64,000 bases of DNA. It comes from Histomonas meleagridis 2922-C6/04-290x (taxonomy: Eukaryota > Protista > Parabasalia). This document shows positions 10,600 through 22,381 of the stretch, one piece after another. The notes beneath the pieces were generated by a model that saw only the letters and a program-made list of their open reading frames with translations, had not been told where the DNA came from and made no database searches. Numbering within the stretch: the stretch's first letter is position 1; each line of letters opens with the position of its first letter. A program made the translations under genes and the position numbers. The DNA lies in contig JAANOX010000042.1 in NCBI GenBank assembly GCA_020184695.1, forward strand, positions 310,001 through 374,000, in the 5' to 3' direction.

Positions 10600-11898
10600 A
10601 TGACACAACTGATTTCCGTTGGCGTTGGCCAATGCGGAGTTCAAATGGCATCATCTTTCACTGATTTTTACATGTCTGAGAGCTCTAAGTATGTAGATCC
10701 TGATGCTTGTGGTAGGTTCTTTTTTGAAACTCGAGATAAAAAACATGTAGCAAGATGTGTTTTAATTGATACAGAAAGAAAGGCAGTTACAGACACACTT
10801 CAAAGCCGCACAGGCTCTACTGATTGGAAGTATGATCGTCAATCAATTTGGGCGCAAGGTTGTGGATCTGGAAATAACTGGGCATATGGGTATGAGCGCA
10901 ATGGCTTTTCAGCACAAGGGGAGGTTATGGATCGTCTTCAACATCAAGCAGAGAAATGTGATCGGTTTGGTGGATTTGTTATGTTTCAATCATTAGCAGG
11001 TGGTACAGGAAGTGGACTTGGCTCACGTATTACCGAATGTACGCGTGATGAGTTTGGTCATCAAGCACATATTATCAACAATGTTGTTTGGCCATATGAA
11101 GCTGGTGAAGTTCTTGTTCAAAGTTACAACTCAGTGCTTTCACTTTCATGTCTTTCCAAGAACAGTGACGCTGTTATTATCACTTATAACGATGTTCTTC
11201 ATGAGATCTGCTCTGATGTCAAAAGTGGTGCCGAAAATGTCACTTTTGCCGATATGAATACGATAATTTCGCAAAATCTCACAGGCCTTCTATTACCGTC
11301 CAGTGACATTTGTACAATACCTCTTTTAAGTCAACCACTTGGACATCTTGTTCCATTACCTAGTCGTCGACTTTTATCCATATTTTCACTTCCTATTGTT
11401 TCCGATGCAGCTCAAGGTTTTTCAGTTTTTAACTGGGATACACTTATATCAAATTGTTTATCAATGGTTTCAACTGGTAATTTCACAGGAAAGAATGTGT
11501 CGACTATTCGACGTGTTATAGATCCACGTTCAACATTAATGAAGAAATGCGATTCGTTATGGATAGTGTTACGTGGAAATGAAATTTCGGAAGGGAAAAC
11601 AAGATTAAAGCAAAACGAACTTTTGAAATGTAATCGATTTTTTGCTAAAGATAATGACACGCCTATAATGACATCAACGAACACGCGACAATTTAATCGA
11701 CAAGAGAAATCTGTGAATATACTCGCGAACTCACAGTGCATTATTCCTTATTTGGAAAGACTGTTGGAGAAATGTCATAGTATGATTGAAAGCTCTGCTT
11801 ATTTGCATCAATACATGAATGCAGGAGTAAGTGCGGAATGGATAAATGAGGACAGAATGTTCTTGGAACAGGTGCTGGCTGAATATAAGAAAATGTAA
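10600..11898 (+). CDS. TUBD1: Delta-tubulin
   Basis: GQCG, GSGNNWAYGY (delta-type), SLAGGTGSGLG, C-terminal AYLHQY. Confidence 0.85.
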   Translation: MTQLISVGVGQCGVQMASSFTDFYMSESSKYVDPDACGRFFFETRDKKHVARCVLIDTERKAVTDTLQSRTGSTDWKYDRQSIWAQGCGSGNNWAYGYERNGFSAQGEVMDRLQHQAEKCDRFGGFVMFQSLAGGTGSGLGSRITECTRDEFGHQAHIINNVVWPYEAGEVLVQSYNSVLSLSCLSKNSDAVIITYNDVLHEICSDVKSGAENVTFADMNTIISQNLTGLLLPSSDICTIPLLSQPLGHLVPLPSRRLLSIFSLPIVSDAAQGFSVFNWDTLISNCLSMVSTGNFTGKNVSTIRRVIDPRSTLMKKCDSLWIVLRGNEISEGKTRLKQNELLKCNRFFAKDNDTPIMTSTNTRQFNRQEKSVNILANSQCIIPYLERLLEKCHSMIESSAYLHQYMNAGVSAEWINEDRMFLEQVLAEYKKM

Positions 11899-12307
11899 TT
11901 TGTATATATAATAATAAATAATAATTAATTTAATTCGAGTTTGTATTGAACTAAATGACTAATCGTTAAGTTATGTATACTAAATGAAATATCAAAATCG
12001 ATTTTATCAAGTGGTTAAGTTCTTCACATATTAAAAATTATTACTATTATGTCAAAATTCATACACAAATTTATTATTTTTATTTCCAATTCATACATAG
12101 GTTTAAAGCAATAGTGATTTAAAATAATAAAAGAAAATCTGTTTTGAATTATTCTCATATAAAAACAATGAATATACATGATAAAAATGAAATGATAGTT
12201 GGAAATAATAATTTTTTATTATGGTTTCAAATTCCCAAGAGGAAAGCTCAAAATTTTGAGCTTTGAGATATTGATTAATTATTTCCATTTTTTTTAAGTT
12301 GTTTAAC

Positions 12308-14631
12308 TTATTTAGTGCTTATTTCACTAAGTGCTTTTACAATTTCAGTGTAACAATTTTTTGATGCACATGCAAGTGCTGTGTCAAATATTTTTAACAA
12401 TTATCATATTTTATATAGGAATTTCAAATTATGAAAATGAATATTATTTAAAACAAATAAACATTTTTAGCATTAATATCGCTTCCTTCTTGTTTGATAA
12501 GTAATTTAACTATTTCAGTATAACCATTTTCAGATGCCGCAATAAGTGCTGTATAAAATAATTAAAATAAATTCCAAGTGTTATTTTGAAACATTAAATT
12601 AATAAAATAAATAAAAAACAAATCAAATAAAAACTTTTAGCATTAACATTAATTACTTTTTGTTCAAGAAGTATTTTAACGATTTCTAAATGGCCATTTA
12701 ATGATGCATGAATAAGTGCTGTACGAAATAAAATAAATAATTTTTAAATCATACATTGAAACGCCAAATCATTAAAATAAACATTAAATAAAGCAAATAA
12801 ATATCTTCAGCATTAATATCAATTCCTTCTTGTTTAAGAAGTAATTTAACAATTTCTGTTCGACCAATTTCAGATGCCCATATAAGCGCTGTATTAAATA
12901 ATATAAACAATTTTTAAATATTACTATGAAACCTGGTATTATTATTATATATATTAAATAAAATGATTAAATATCTTTAGCATTAATATCGATTCCTTTT
13001 TGTTCAAGAAGTAATTTAACTGTTTCTAAGTGACCATTCATGGATGCAAGCATTAGTGCTGTTTGAAATAACTTAAATAATTTCCAAATACTATTTTGAA
13101 TTACCGAATTATTAAAATAAAATTTAAATATAATTAATAAATGTTTTTATCGTTAACATCAATTCCTTTTTGTCCATGAAGTAACTTAACTATTTAAGTG
13201 TGACCATTTGAAACTGCTGCTAAAAAGGCTGTATCAAATAATTTAAAGAATTTCCGAAAATTATTTTGAAATATGAAATTATTAAAATAAATTATAAACA
13301 AAACGAATAAATATTTTTATCATTGGTATTAATTCCTTCTTGTTCAAGAAGTATTTTAACTATTTCTGTATAACCATTTTTAGATGCAATCATAAGTCCT
13401 CTTTCAAATACACAAAATAATTACCAAACATTATTAATAAATGTTAAAATATTAAAATATATTCTAAACAAATTAAAAAAATAATTTTATTATTGATATC
13501 TAAACAATTTTTTCCTATAATATATTGAACGAGTTCAAAGTTTCCTGATTCTGATGCATAAATTAAAATATTGCGTGGCATTTGATTATTTAATAAGATA
13601 TAAATTACCATTTCTAGCTGTTTCATTAATTATATTTTCATCAATTTTAATTCCTTTTTCATCCAAAATTGAAAAGATTTCGTAATTTTCATTCTCAGTA
13701 CAAAGTGATCTTAAATCATTTATAGATTTATCTTCTAATTTGTTTTCATAAATATATTTAAAGATGTTATTTTGGTGAAATTTAATTGCAGCTTCATATG
13801 CATCTTCAAATGATGAATGATTTTGTTCACATAAATGAATTATCTCTAAATTTCCACCAGAAACTGCATATTTACCTGTATTGTCTAATTTTGCTCCATT
13901 CATAAGTAAATATTTAAAACATTTAACTGAAGAAAAAAATGCTGCATAATCAATTAATGTAACATTTTCTTCATTAATAAATGAACATCTTTCATAAAGT
14001 GATGGCTCAATTGTTTTGTTAAAATCAAAATTTGCTTGTGATGTTATTTCTTGAAGTTCTTCTATTTCATCATTTCGAATTATTTTTGCAATTTCAATTG
14101 GATTATGTCCTTCTTTAATATATTTTTTATGAAGTTCCCAATCATTCTTTGAAACTTCTATATAATTTTTCTCAATGCTCAATTCGTATAAATCAATTTT
14201 ACTATGTCCTATTTGAATGTTAGAATTTGTTGCTTCATGATGCTCAAAAAATTGTGCTGGTATATTATTGATGATTTCTGCACTAATTAAATTTCGTTCA
14301 ATCATTTTCTCAATTAAAAAAATGATTCTTGAGAGCGAATTTTAGATATATAATTACAGAAAATTTGGAGAATTCTTGAATTATTTTTATTAATTTCTTC
14401 TTCCTTTTTTTGAATTGCTTCCAAATAATTTATATACGATTCATTGATTTCTTTTTGTGAATAAAATGCGGAATAAACCAATTTACTAATTCTCAAATTA
14501 AATGAATATGGATAATTTTCATCAAATAATTTCATTGTTTGTTCAGCTGATGATTCAAAATTTTCTTGAGTCAAATGAAATATGATATGTTCAAGTTTAG
14601 AAAGTACTTCTTTGTCGTTTGCTTGATACAT
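12308..14631 (-). pseudogene. DUF3447-type ankyrin gene with spacer-interrupted ankyrin modules, decayed copy
   Basis: N-terminal domain homologous to the 37221-38732 ORF (LIDYAAFFSSVKCFKYLL...YAVSGGNLEII), broken by frameshifts near 14315 and 13590. Followed by 7 ankyrin modules at an exact 170-nt period, one with a GAA>TAA change. Terminal TAA at 12308-12310. Confidence 0.8.
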
Positions 14632-14923
14632 TGGGAATTTTTTCGGATAATTAACTAATAACACTTGACTTTTTGATATAAATTTTGAAATGTTTATTCA
14701 TTTTTTATCCAGTGTTAAGTGACAGTTAATAATTTTCTTTTAAAATTAAAATATTTAATCATAATAATCACAGATGTTATAACATGAAAGTTTTGAGTTT
14801 TTCCTAAATTGTGGTTCAAAGTATCTGATATTAAACAATTTTTCCATATTTTGAATCATAAATTATATTTACATTAAATCTTTACTTAAATCTTTAAAAA
14901 AGAAAATAATTTATTTAAATAAT

Positions 14924-17900
14924 TTATCTTCTACTTCCTCTATAATCATCATAATATCTATCATCGTAATATCTATCATCATAATAACCATACCTTGGGT
15001 CGATGTCAAGCCTTCTCATTCTTTGTCGATCATCTCTTCTTGGGTCATAGCTTCTCGAAGGATATCTTGGGCTTTGATATCTGCTTTGTCTTTGCTCAGT
15101 GTGTTGTCTTCTTTCTATTCTTTTATCCACATTTTGTTCTTTTTTACTTTCGTTTTGTTGTTTCTTTTCTTCTGTTTTCTTTTCTTCTTTTTCTTTATCA
15201 GTTGCATTACTTTCCGCATTATTATTATTATCATTTTCTGTTTCATTTTTATTTGGCGATTCGACTTTTGTTTCTTCAATTGTATTTTCTTCTGTTTCAG
15301 TTGCATTTTCTTCAATTTTAGGTGATTCAATATTAACATTTTCATCTGTTTTAACTTCTTCAATTTCTTGAATTGGTGAAACATATTCTGTTTTCAACAT
15401 TGTACTTAACTTATCTTTATAAGTTCGAATTCTATTCATGTTTTCTTCAGGAATTTCTTCCAATAAATCAAGAATTGCTCTTTTATGATCCGTTTTTAAT
15501 GGGAAATATTTTATAATTTGACTTAAAAATGCAACGACATTCAAAAAAGTTGATTTCTTTTCGAAAATTAATCTTACTTTTTGGATTAATATTTCGTGCG
15601 TTTCAATTTCTTCTTCACGATTATGGACTAAACTTAAAATCTTTCTAACGAAAAACCCAAAACATCGACTTTCTTCATAAGTCGACGAATATATTATAAA
15701 GTGTAAACACTTGAAAACGCTACGAATAAAATCAATTAATGAAAAGCTATGACACCAATGTGCCATTCGATTAATAAATATTCCGGAATAAATCGCATCG
15801 ATTTGTGATAATAAAGATCTTGGCACAATACAATATCGAACAAATAATTCATATGAATTAAAGTCAGAAAACCAATCGTCACAAATTGTTATTATTTCTT
15901 CTTGAAGACTTTGTACATAATTTTCTTGTTTATCTTTGTTGGATTCGATTTGCATTTCGATTAATTGATAATCACAGATACTATTGTTATCTTCATTCTT
16001 ACTTAATTCATCGATTTTTTTCTTAATCGATTCTATTAAATTTTCAAAAGTTATTTTTGGCACATGAAAATGTTTAAGTTCATATCTCCAAAAATATGAA
16101 AAAAGAGCTTTAGAAATACCTTCGGGTGCTAAACTTTCGGCATTACATCTATCTGATGTTTTATCACATACAATATGAAATGCGGAAGGTAAAGAAAACG
16201 AAAATTGTTCGATTAAATCATTCGGCGACAAATTATCGAATGATATAAATTCACAAACAGTTAAAAATGTGAATTTAATATTATCTAAATCATCCAAAAT
16301 ATTAATTTCATTTGTAAAATTATCATTTAAATATAAGTTATCATGCATATTATCAAGTAAACTTAAAATTGTTAAACCTAAGTTATTATTACCAAGTAAA
16401 ATGTTTGTTAAATAAGAAGATCTTTCGACAAATGTTTCATTGTTTTCATTCAATGAATTATATCGTAATAAAAGTCGTGAAAGATTTTCTCCTGTTCGTA
16501 ATTCGATTTCAGAATTTGTCAAATTTCCTTTATATTCATAATTAGTTAATGTCGTAATAAATGAAGCTAAAATTCGTGAATGTGAAATAGACCTTTTAGA
16601 AAGTCCGTCACGAATTTCGATTAAATATGATACAATATCAAATGATATATATTGATCTGCTGCTAATAATGCCATAAACATTCCGACATTATTAATCCAT
16701 GGTGGGACTCTATCAGTGGGAATATTCTTAAGGAATTCCCACATCAAAAAGTCTAATGATAAAATAGATACATCAGTTAATGATAAAACTAAAAACTTAG
16801 GTGGAATCGGTTGATTAAAATCTGTTACCATCGAAAAATATAATTTCGTTACAATATGTGGTGCGCGCATAAATTGCCATGCAACTTTACGTGAAAACTT
16901 TGGCGCTGAATCACCTGCAATTCTTCTTGAGATAGAAGACATTCGACCTTTGACATGTGCTGATAATAATTTCATGTCAGGGATTTGATTACATGCTTCA
17001 GAAAACTTTTCATATATTTGACATCGAACTTTAAATGAATATTTTTTAAGGGATGAAAAAATAATGTTTGATAATTGCCATGAAATATCTTTCATTTGAC
17101 ACATGGATGGTAATATAAAATTGGAATATAAATGTATTGGTAAATTATCTAAACGACAAATTAATGCAACAAGTTGTGGATCAGTACAATGACATGATAA
17201 AAGTGTAAGCATTTCAATATTTAGTGGATTTTCTAAAAATGATTCTGGATCACTGTTAAGTTCATTAAGAAGAAATCCTGTAACATAATCTGCAACATGT
17301 GGAATGGAACATGGATCAATTTGTGAAAATTTTCGAATTGAATTGATATTGATCGTCTGTAACATCATTTGAATATGAGGCGAATTATAGAGAATTTCTT
17401 TGGCACTTCGATATTCCATTTCCCTTTGTTTGTAAATGGCAGTACGTTGAAGTTCTTTAGGTTCACCAGGTAAATAAGTTTTGGATTTTTCAAGTTCAAC
17501 ACAAAAAAGATTTATTGCATTCGAATAATTACTTTTAAGATTCGTAAGAAGACCTTTAAGTTGATTGACAATACTCCATTGTTGTTCTTGTGGAATGATT
17601 CCTTCATCGAAAAAATAAAATAATAATGATATTAAACCAGCATCAAAACCTTTGTCTAATTTGTAAAGAAGCAATGATATAACATGATCAATGGAAAAGT
17701 TTTTTAGAATCGGATAATAACGTTTTGAATCACTTTGTAACGATAGAAAATCAAAAAGAAATAAAATAATTGAATCTGGGTCAAGACTAAATCGACCAAT
17801 AATTGGGTTGAGATCAGGAATTGGATTTTGAAATAACGCAGTAACTAAGTTACTAAAACCTTCTGGATTTTGTTCAAACAATTGGTATTTTGTAAACTGA

Positions 17901-18241
17901 AATGTTTGTTTCAGTGAAGGTGCATAATAACCAATGAATTGGACACTATCCTTAAGTCCGATTTTATTAATATCTGTGCGATCAAATGTAAGAAATAAAT
18001 AACTAGTAAGATCAGGAAATTGTGTTGTAAGTTCAAAGCATAAGCCGTAGAAGAGCTTGAGAGAATCAGGACCAAAAGGTCCATTTGATTTAATAAGAGA
18101 AAGAAATGTCCATAAAATACTAGAAAGTTCCAATGGAGTTGTCTGATTTTGAAGAATTTCAGTAGCAAATTCTTCTATTTTTTGATTACCATTTCTTAGA
18201 AAAAAATTTAGACTCGAAATAATTTGATTTTTGGAACTCAT
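14924..18241 (-). CDS. THOC2: THO complex subunit 2-like protein
   Basis: KYQLFEQNPEGFSNLV and IIGRFSLDPD resemble THOC2 N-terminal motifs. RYCIVPR in the C-terminal domain, charged R/D/Y tail. Confidence 0.65.
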   Translation of the reverse strand: MSSKNQIISSLNFFLRNGNQKIEEFATEILQNQTTPLELSSILWTFLSLIKSNGPFGPDSLKLFYGLCFELTTQFPDLTSYLFLTFDRTDINKIGLKDSVQFIGYYAPSLKQTFQFTKYQLFEQNPEGFSNLVTALFQNPIPDLNPIIGRFSLDPDSIILFLFDFLSLQSDSKRYYPILKNFSIDHVISLLLYKLDKGFDAGLISLLFYFFDEGIIPQEQQWSIVNQLKGLLTNLKSNYSNAINLFCVELEKSKTYLPGEPKELQRTAIYKQREMEYRSAKEILYNSPHIQMMLQTININSIRKFSQIDPCSIPHVADYVTGFLLNELNSDPESFLENPLNIEMLTLLSCHCTDPQLVALICRLDNLPIHLYSNFILPSMCQMKDISWQLSNIIFSSLKKYSFKVRCQIYEKFSEACNQIPDMKLLSAHVKGRMSSISRRIAGDSAPKFSRKVAWQFMRAPHIVTKLYFSMVTDFNQPIPPKFLVLSLTDVSILSLDFLMWEFLKNIPTDRVPPWINNVGMFMALLAADQYISFDIVSYLIEIRDGLSKRSISHSRILASFITTLTNYEYKGNLTNSEIELRTGENLSRLLLRYNSLNENNETFVERSSYLTNILLGNNNLGLTILSLLDNMHDNLYLNDNFTNEINILDDLDNIKFTFLTVCEFISFDNLSPNDLIEQFSFSLPSAFHIVCDKTSDRCNAESLAPEGISKALFSYFWRYELKHFHVPKITFENLIESIKKKIDELSKNEDNNSICDYQLIEMQIESNKDKQENYVQSLQEEIITICDDWFSDFNSYELFVRYCIVPRSLLSQIDAIYSGIFINRMAHWCHSFSLIDFIRSVFKCLHFIIYSSTYEESRCFGFFVRKILSLVHNREEEIETHEILIQKVRLIFEKKSTFLNVVAFLSQIIKYFPLKTDHKRAILDLLEEIPEENMNRIRTYKDKLSTMLKTEYVSPIQEIEEVKTDENVNIESPKIEENATETEENTIEETKVESPNKNETENDNNNNAESNATDKEKEEKKTEEKKQQNESKKEQNVDKRIERRQHTEQRQSRYQSPRYPSRSYDPRRDDRQRMRRLDIDPRYGYYDDRYYDDRYYDDYRGSRR

Positions 18242-18699
18242 TGGTTATGTAAAATGTCGTCAAAATTCAGTCAATTTTTTTTGGATCAAAATTTACTCTA
18301 TCATCCAATTATAGCATTATCTCTAATTCTTCAACTTATGACTAAAAGGAGGCTAATTTTCAAAAACAATGATATAACATCTCAAAGAATTTTAATTCAA
18401 TTATAAAATGAATCATATTGTATGATCATATATTAAAGCCACAATTATAAAATCTAAATTACTTCCTGAAATGTTTTTGGAATAGGTAAACTGTTATCCA
18501 ACATTCCACCAAAAAATTGAATTTTAAGAAATTTGAAGAAAGTAACAAATTTTCATACAGGCAGAGTATATACTATCCATTATCTTTAGGTATATCAGGC
18601 CTTTTAATTATTTTCTGAGTTTCAATAAAATTCCAATTAATTTAAATTAAAATGAACAGAAAAATGATTTGTGAAAAATAAAAAAGTTTATGTATACAA

Positions 18700-19101
18700 T
18701 TATTCTTCTTTCTTCTTTGTTTGTCCAAGAAGAACTTTATGAATATGTGGAACAACACCTGCAGATGCAATTGTAATGTTGGAAAGAAGCTGATTTAATT
18801 CTTCATCATTGCGAATTGCAAGCATGATATGACGTGGGGAAATTCTTGTCTTTTTGTTATCACGAGCTGCATTTCCGGCAAGTTCCAAAACTTCGACTGT
18901 AAGATATTCGAGAACTGCTGCCATGAAAACTGGAGCACCTGCACCAACACGATCTCCATAACGACCTTCACGAAGGAAACGATGAAGACGACCTACTGGA
19001 AATTGAAGTCCAGCACGACTTGATCTTGTCTTTGGATGAGCGCGTTCTCCATCAACTGCTGTTTTTGTAGCTGTTTTCTTAACACCTTTCTTTGCTGGCA
19101 T
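18700..19101 (-). CDS. H2A: Histone H2A
   Basis: [12 protein letters not shown]...[15 protein letters not shown]...RISPRHI. Confidence 0.98.
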   Translation of the reverse strand: MPAKKGVKKTATKTAVDGERAHPKTRSSRAGLQFPVGRLHRFLREGRYGDRVGAGAPVFMAAVLEYLTVEVLELAGNAARDNKKTRISPRHIMLAIRNDEELNQLLSNITIASAGVVPHIHKVLLGQTKKKEE

Positions 19102-19404
19102 AAAAAAATATTGTTTTTGTTCTTCATTGAATTAATGGGCGCAATTCATTCACACAATTAATGCTGGTCTAAAATGACATTATTTTATAGCGGGAATATA
19201 TTTAAAATATTCGTCAAAAAACAATGGAACCAAAACGGCATTATATTTTCTGAATATCCAACACAAAAAATGCATTGAAAAACATGGGGCTCAATTCGAC
19301 ATTATTATTTATTCAATTTTTACTCTGAAATATTTGAGACGTGGAATGACATTTTTACATAAAAGAGATTTTTGGAGGGTTTTTCTTTGGCTATCATTTT
19401 TAAG
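19102..19404. promoter_or_regulatory. Divergent H2A/H2B promoter region with Inr (TCATTTT at ~19394)
   Basis: 303-nt gap between head-to-head histone genes. Inr-like motif just before the H2B ATG. Confidence 0.6.
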
Positions 19405-19791
19405 ATGTCAACAAAGAAACCAGCCTCAAAGACACCAACCGAAAAGAAGCCAGCTGTTGAAGGAGAAGCTCCAGTCGAAACTGAAAAAGAAAAGAAGCAA
19501 CGTCATAAGAAGAGGAATGAATCTTTTTCATCTTACATCTTTAAAGTACTCAAACAAGTTCATCCAGATATTGGAATTTCTAACAAAGCTATGTTAGTTA
19601 TGAATAACTTTGTTACAGATATTTTTGAACGTATTGCACGTGAAGGTGCTCGACTTGTCGACATGAACGATCGTAACACACTTGGATCTCGCGAAATTCA
19701 AACAGCAGTTCGTCTTGTTCTTCCAGGAGATTTAGCCAAGCACGCTGTTTCAGAAGGTGGTAAAGCAGTCGCAAAATTCAACGCCGAGTAA
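19405..19791 (+). CDS. H2B: Histone H2B
   Basis: [25 protein letters not shown]...[13 protein letters not shown] at 19405 follows an Inr-like motif. Confidence 0.98.
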   Translation: MSTKKPASKTPTEKKPAVEGEAPVETEKEKKQRHKKRNESFSSYIFKVLKQVHPDIGISNKAMLVMNNFVTDIFERIAREGARLVDMNDRNTLGSREIQTAVRLVLPGDLAKHAVSEGGKAVAKFNAE

Positions 19792-19987
19792 ACCATGTAA
19801 ATCATTTAATTTCCCCTTAAAAAAACACTTCACTGACTAATTCCAAATTCTCGAACGTAAGTCACATCACATTGCGTAAAAGTTCTGGCTTTGTGCCCAA
19901 AAGTATCAACTTTTTAAATGCTTTAAACGGAAAATTGGGATAAACCGATTTGTAAACTGTGATATCGGTGAAACTGACTGAAAAAAT

Positions 19988-20554
19988 TTGTCAAACCACC
20001 AGCAAAATCAATCCACTCAAAATTCAATACAATACGAACGGAAATTGCTTTTTGAATGCATAGAAAACCACCCAATTGACCTTTCACCTCATTTTTTAAA
20101 ACCATCAATCATGGGAGGACCTCCTGGTATTTTAACTAAGATAGTCGCATTCGTATGCGCAGGCGCACAAGTCTTATCTGGAGCAACATTCATTTATTAC
20201 TATTCTAAATATATCACTGATAAAACACCATCAGTTACTCTTGGCTGTACACCACAACCACGTTGGAATGGATGTAGCGGAAGCGCAAACCTCGGTTGGT
20301 ACTTAACCTTCTCTCTCTTTGCCTTTGGTATCATGTCATTCATTTTCGGTATCGCTGAAATTGGTCTTCTTTTCTTCACAAAATACTTCAGCGCTGTAAG
20401 TAGTCCATTACTCCGTGGTCTTGTTTATGTTCTCAAAGGACTTGCTGTTTTTGGTGTTGCAGGTGATCTTGGTATTTCAGCTGGTGTCATTGAAATGGTC
20501 TGTGGCGCATTTCTTGTTATCTTCTGGATCCTTACAGTTACAGTCTGGAAGTAA
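19988..20554 (+). CDS. Small multi-pass membrane protein, possibly COPI-associated/Tvp15-like
   Basis: Three to four TM segments, LLRGLVYVLKG motif. True start may be the ATG at 20110. Confidence 0.5.
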   Translation: MSNHQQNQSTQNSIQYERKLLFECIENHPIDLSPHFLKPSIMGGPPGILTKIVAFVCAGAQVLSGATFIYYYSKYITDKTPSVTLGCTPQPRWNGCSGSANLGWYLTFSLFAFGIMSFIFGIAEIGLLFFTKYFSAVSSPLLRGLVYVLKGLAVFGVAGDLGISAGVIEMVCGAFLVIFWILTVTVWK

Positions 20555-20652
20555 GCAATAAACAATTCATGAAATTGAAATTCTTTTATACATTTTTTTA
20601 ATGATAATAATAAAAGTGATCATTTCTCAATTTTTCTATGCCATTCAAACGA

Positions 20653-20676
20653 GACCGTTAAGAAGGGCGACCGTTT
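20653..20676 (+). promoter_or_regulatory. Two M3/Myb-like core promoter elements (GACCGTT) upstream of CCT7
   Basis: GACCGTTA and GACCGTTT, 22-45 nt before the ATG, match the trichomonad M3-type consensus as recalled from literature. Confidence 0.45.
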
Positions 20677-20698
20677 ATATTTGTCTGGCCACTTTAAA

Positions 20699-22381
20699 AT
20701 GACCCAATTTATTCGTCCTCCAATCATTCTTCTGAGAGAAGGAACAGACCAATCACAAGGATTGGGGCAAATCATTTCTAACATTAATGCATGTCATGCC
20801 ATCGGTGAAATTCTTTCAACAACTTTAGGCCCACGTGGTATGGACAAGTTAATCCATAACGGAGACAAGCGTGCCATTGTTACTAATGATGGTGCTACCG
20901 TTATGCGTGAATTAGACATTGTTCATCCTGCAGCTCAACTTCTTGTTGAAGTTGCTAAATCACAAGACGAAGAAATTGGTGATGGTACCACTTCTGTTGT
21001 AGTTCTTAGCTGCGCACTTCTTGATGCAGCACGTCCATATTTAGAAGATGGTGTTCATCCTCAATTCATATGTCGTTGCTATCGCAATGCCCTTAATACA
21101 GTCGTTCAAACCCTCGATAAAATAGCAGTTAACATCAATGCCAGCGAGCGTTCAATTCTTGAAAGTTGTGCTGCTACTACACTTCGATCCAAATTAGTCA
21201 GTGACAAACGCGAATTCTTTGCCAAAATGATTGTAGACGCCGTTGAAAGTCTTGACTCCAACTTACGAATTGAAGATTTAGGAGTTAAGATGGTCAAAGG
21301 TGGTGGCATTGAGGATTCATTCTTTGTTCCTGGTGTTGCCTTCAAGCGCACATTCTTCTATGCCGGTTTTGACCAACAGCCCAAACATTTTACAAATCCA
21401 AAGATATTATTATTAAATGTCGAATTAGAATTACAAGGCGCCTCATCCGACTCCGAAGTCCGCGTAGAAGATCCCAAGAAGTACCAAGAAATCGTTGATG
21501 CTGAATGGAAGATCATTCAAGACAAACTTAACAATTGTCTCAACTGCGGCGCTAATGTTGTCCTAAGTCGTAAGCCAATAGGCGACATCGCAACGCAGTT
21601 CTTTGCCGACCACGACATCTTCTGCGCTGGCCGTGTTCCGGAAGAAGATATGAACCGCACAGCCAAAGCCACCGGCGGCATCATATTATCCACAACGACA
21701 GACATCCATCAAGAGTCACTTGGCACATGCGAAACATTTGAAGAGCGCCAAGTCGGAAAGAAGCGGTTCAATGTATTCACTGGCTGCAAAGGCAAATCCG
21801 CTACAATTGTGTTACGTGGCGGCGCTAAACAATTCTTAGAAGAGGCCGAACGTAGTATACATGACGCGATAATGATCGTGCGCAGGGCTAAGAAGGCCGG
21901 AAGAATCGTCGGCGGCGCGGGCGCTGTCGAGATGACATTAGCCAAAACATTAAATGAGAAGGCGATGAAAATGGACGGAAAGAGCCAACTCATCATCCAA
22001 GCATACGCGAACGCACTCGAAAGTATTCCAAGAGCGTTAGCGAATAATGCCGGATTCGACTCGTTCGAAATATTAAACAAGCTGAGATTCGCACACGCGA
22101 AAGATGGCGAAAACGGAATATGGATGGGCGTAGATATAGAGAAAGGCGACGTCGTGGACGCAGTGAAGGAATTCATTTGGGAGCCGCTGGTGGTGAAGAT
22201 GAACGCAATGAAGGCGGCGACAGAGGCGGCATGCACAATTCTGTCTGTGGATGAAACTGTTTCGATTCCGGAACATGAAACAACATTCGATACGGGAATG
22301 CCCGGACAACAACAGAATGTACAACGTGGAAGAGGAGGAATGCCAATGCCTCAGATGGGAGGACTACCCGGAATGCACTGA
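20699..22381 (+). CDS. CCT7: Chaperonin CCT/TRiC subunit eta
   Basis: IILLREGTDQSQG...QIISNINAC, TLGPRGMDKL, GDGTTSV. Confidence 0.92.
   Translation: MTQFIRPPIILLREGTDQSQGLGQIISNINACHAIGEILSTTLGPRGMDKLIHNGDKRAIVTNDGATVMRELDIVHPAAQLLVEVAKSQDEEIGDGTTSVVVLSCALLDAARPYLEDGVHPQFICRCYRNALNTVVQTLDKIAVNINASERSILESCAATTLRSKLVSDKREFFAKMIVDAVESLDSNLRIEDLGVKMVKGGGIEDSFFVPGVAFKRTFFYAGFDQQPKHFTNPKILLLNVELELQGASSDSEVRVEDPKKYQEIVDAEWKIIQDKLNNCLNCGANVVLSRKPIGDIATQFFADHDIFCAGRVPEEDMNRTAKATGGIILSTTTDIHQESLGTCETFEERQVGKKRFNVFTGCKGKSATIVLRGGAKQFLEEAERSIHDAIMIVRRAKKAGRIVGGAGAVEMTLAKTLNEKAMKMDGKSQLIIQAYANALESIPRALANNAGFDSFEILNKLRFAHAKDGENGIWMGVDIEKGDVVDAVKEFIWEPLVVKMNAMKAATEAACTILSVDETVSIPEHETTFDTGMPGQQQNVQRGRGGMPMPQMGGLPGMH

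Noticed and set aside
12308-13560. Alternative genetic code (TAA/TAG = Gln) to explain the stops
   Set aside because: Conserved genes end at TAA/TGA/TAG in the expected places with no internal stops, and reassignment would not fix the frameshifts.
14306-14320. Programmed frameshift at the T7 run
   Set aside because: A single homopolymer indel in a gene with other lesions is better explained by decay or sequencing error.
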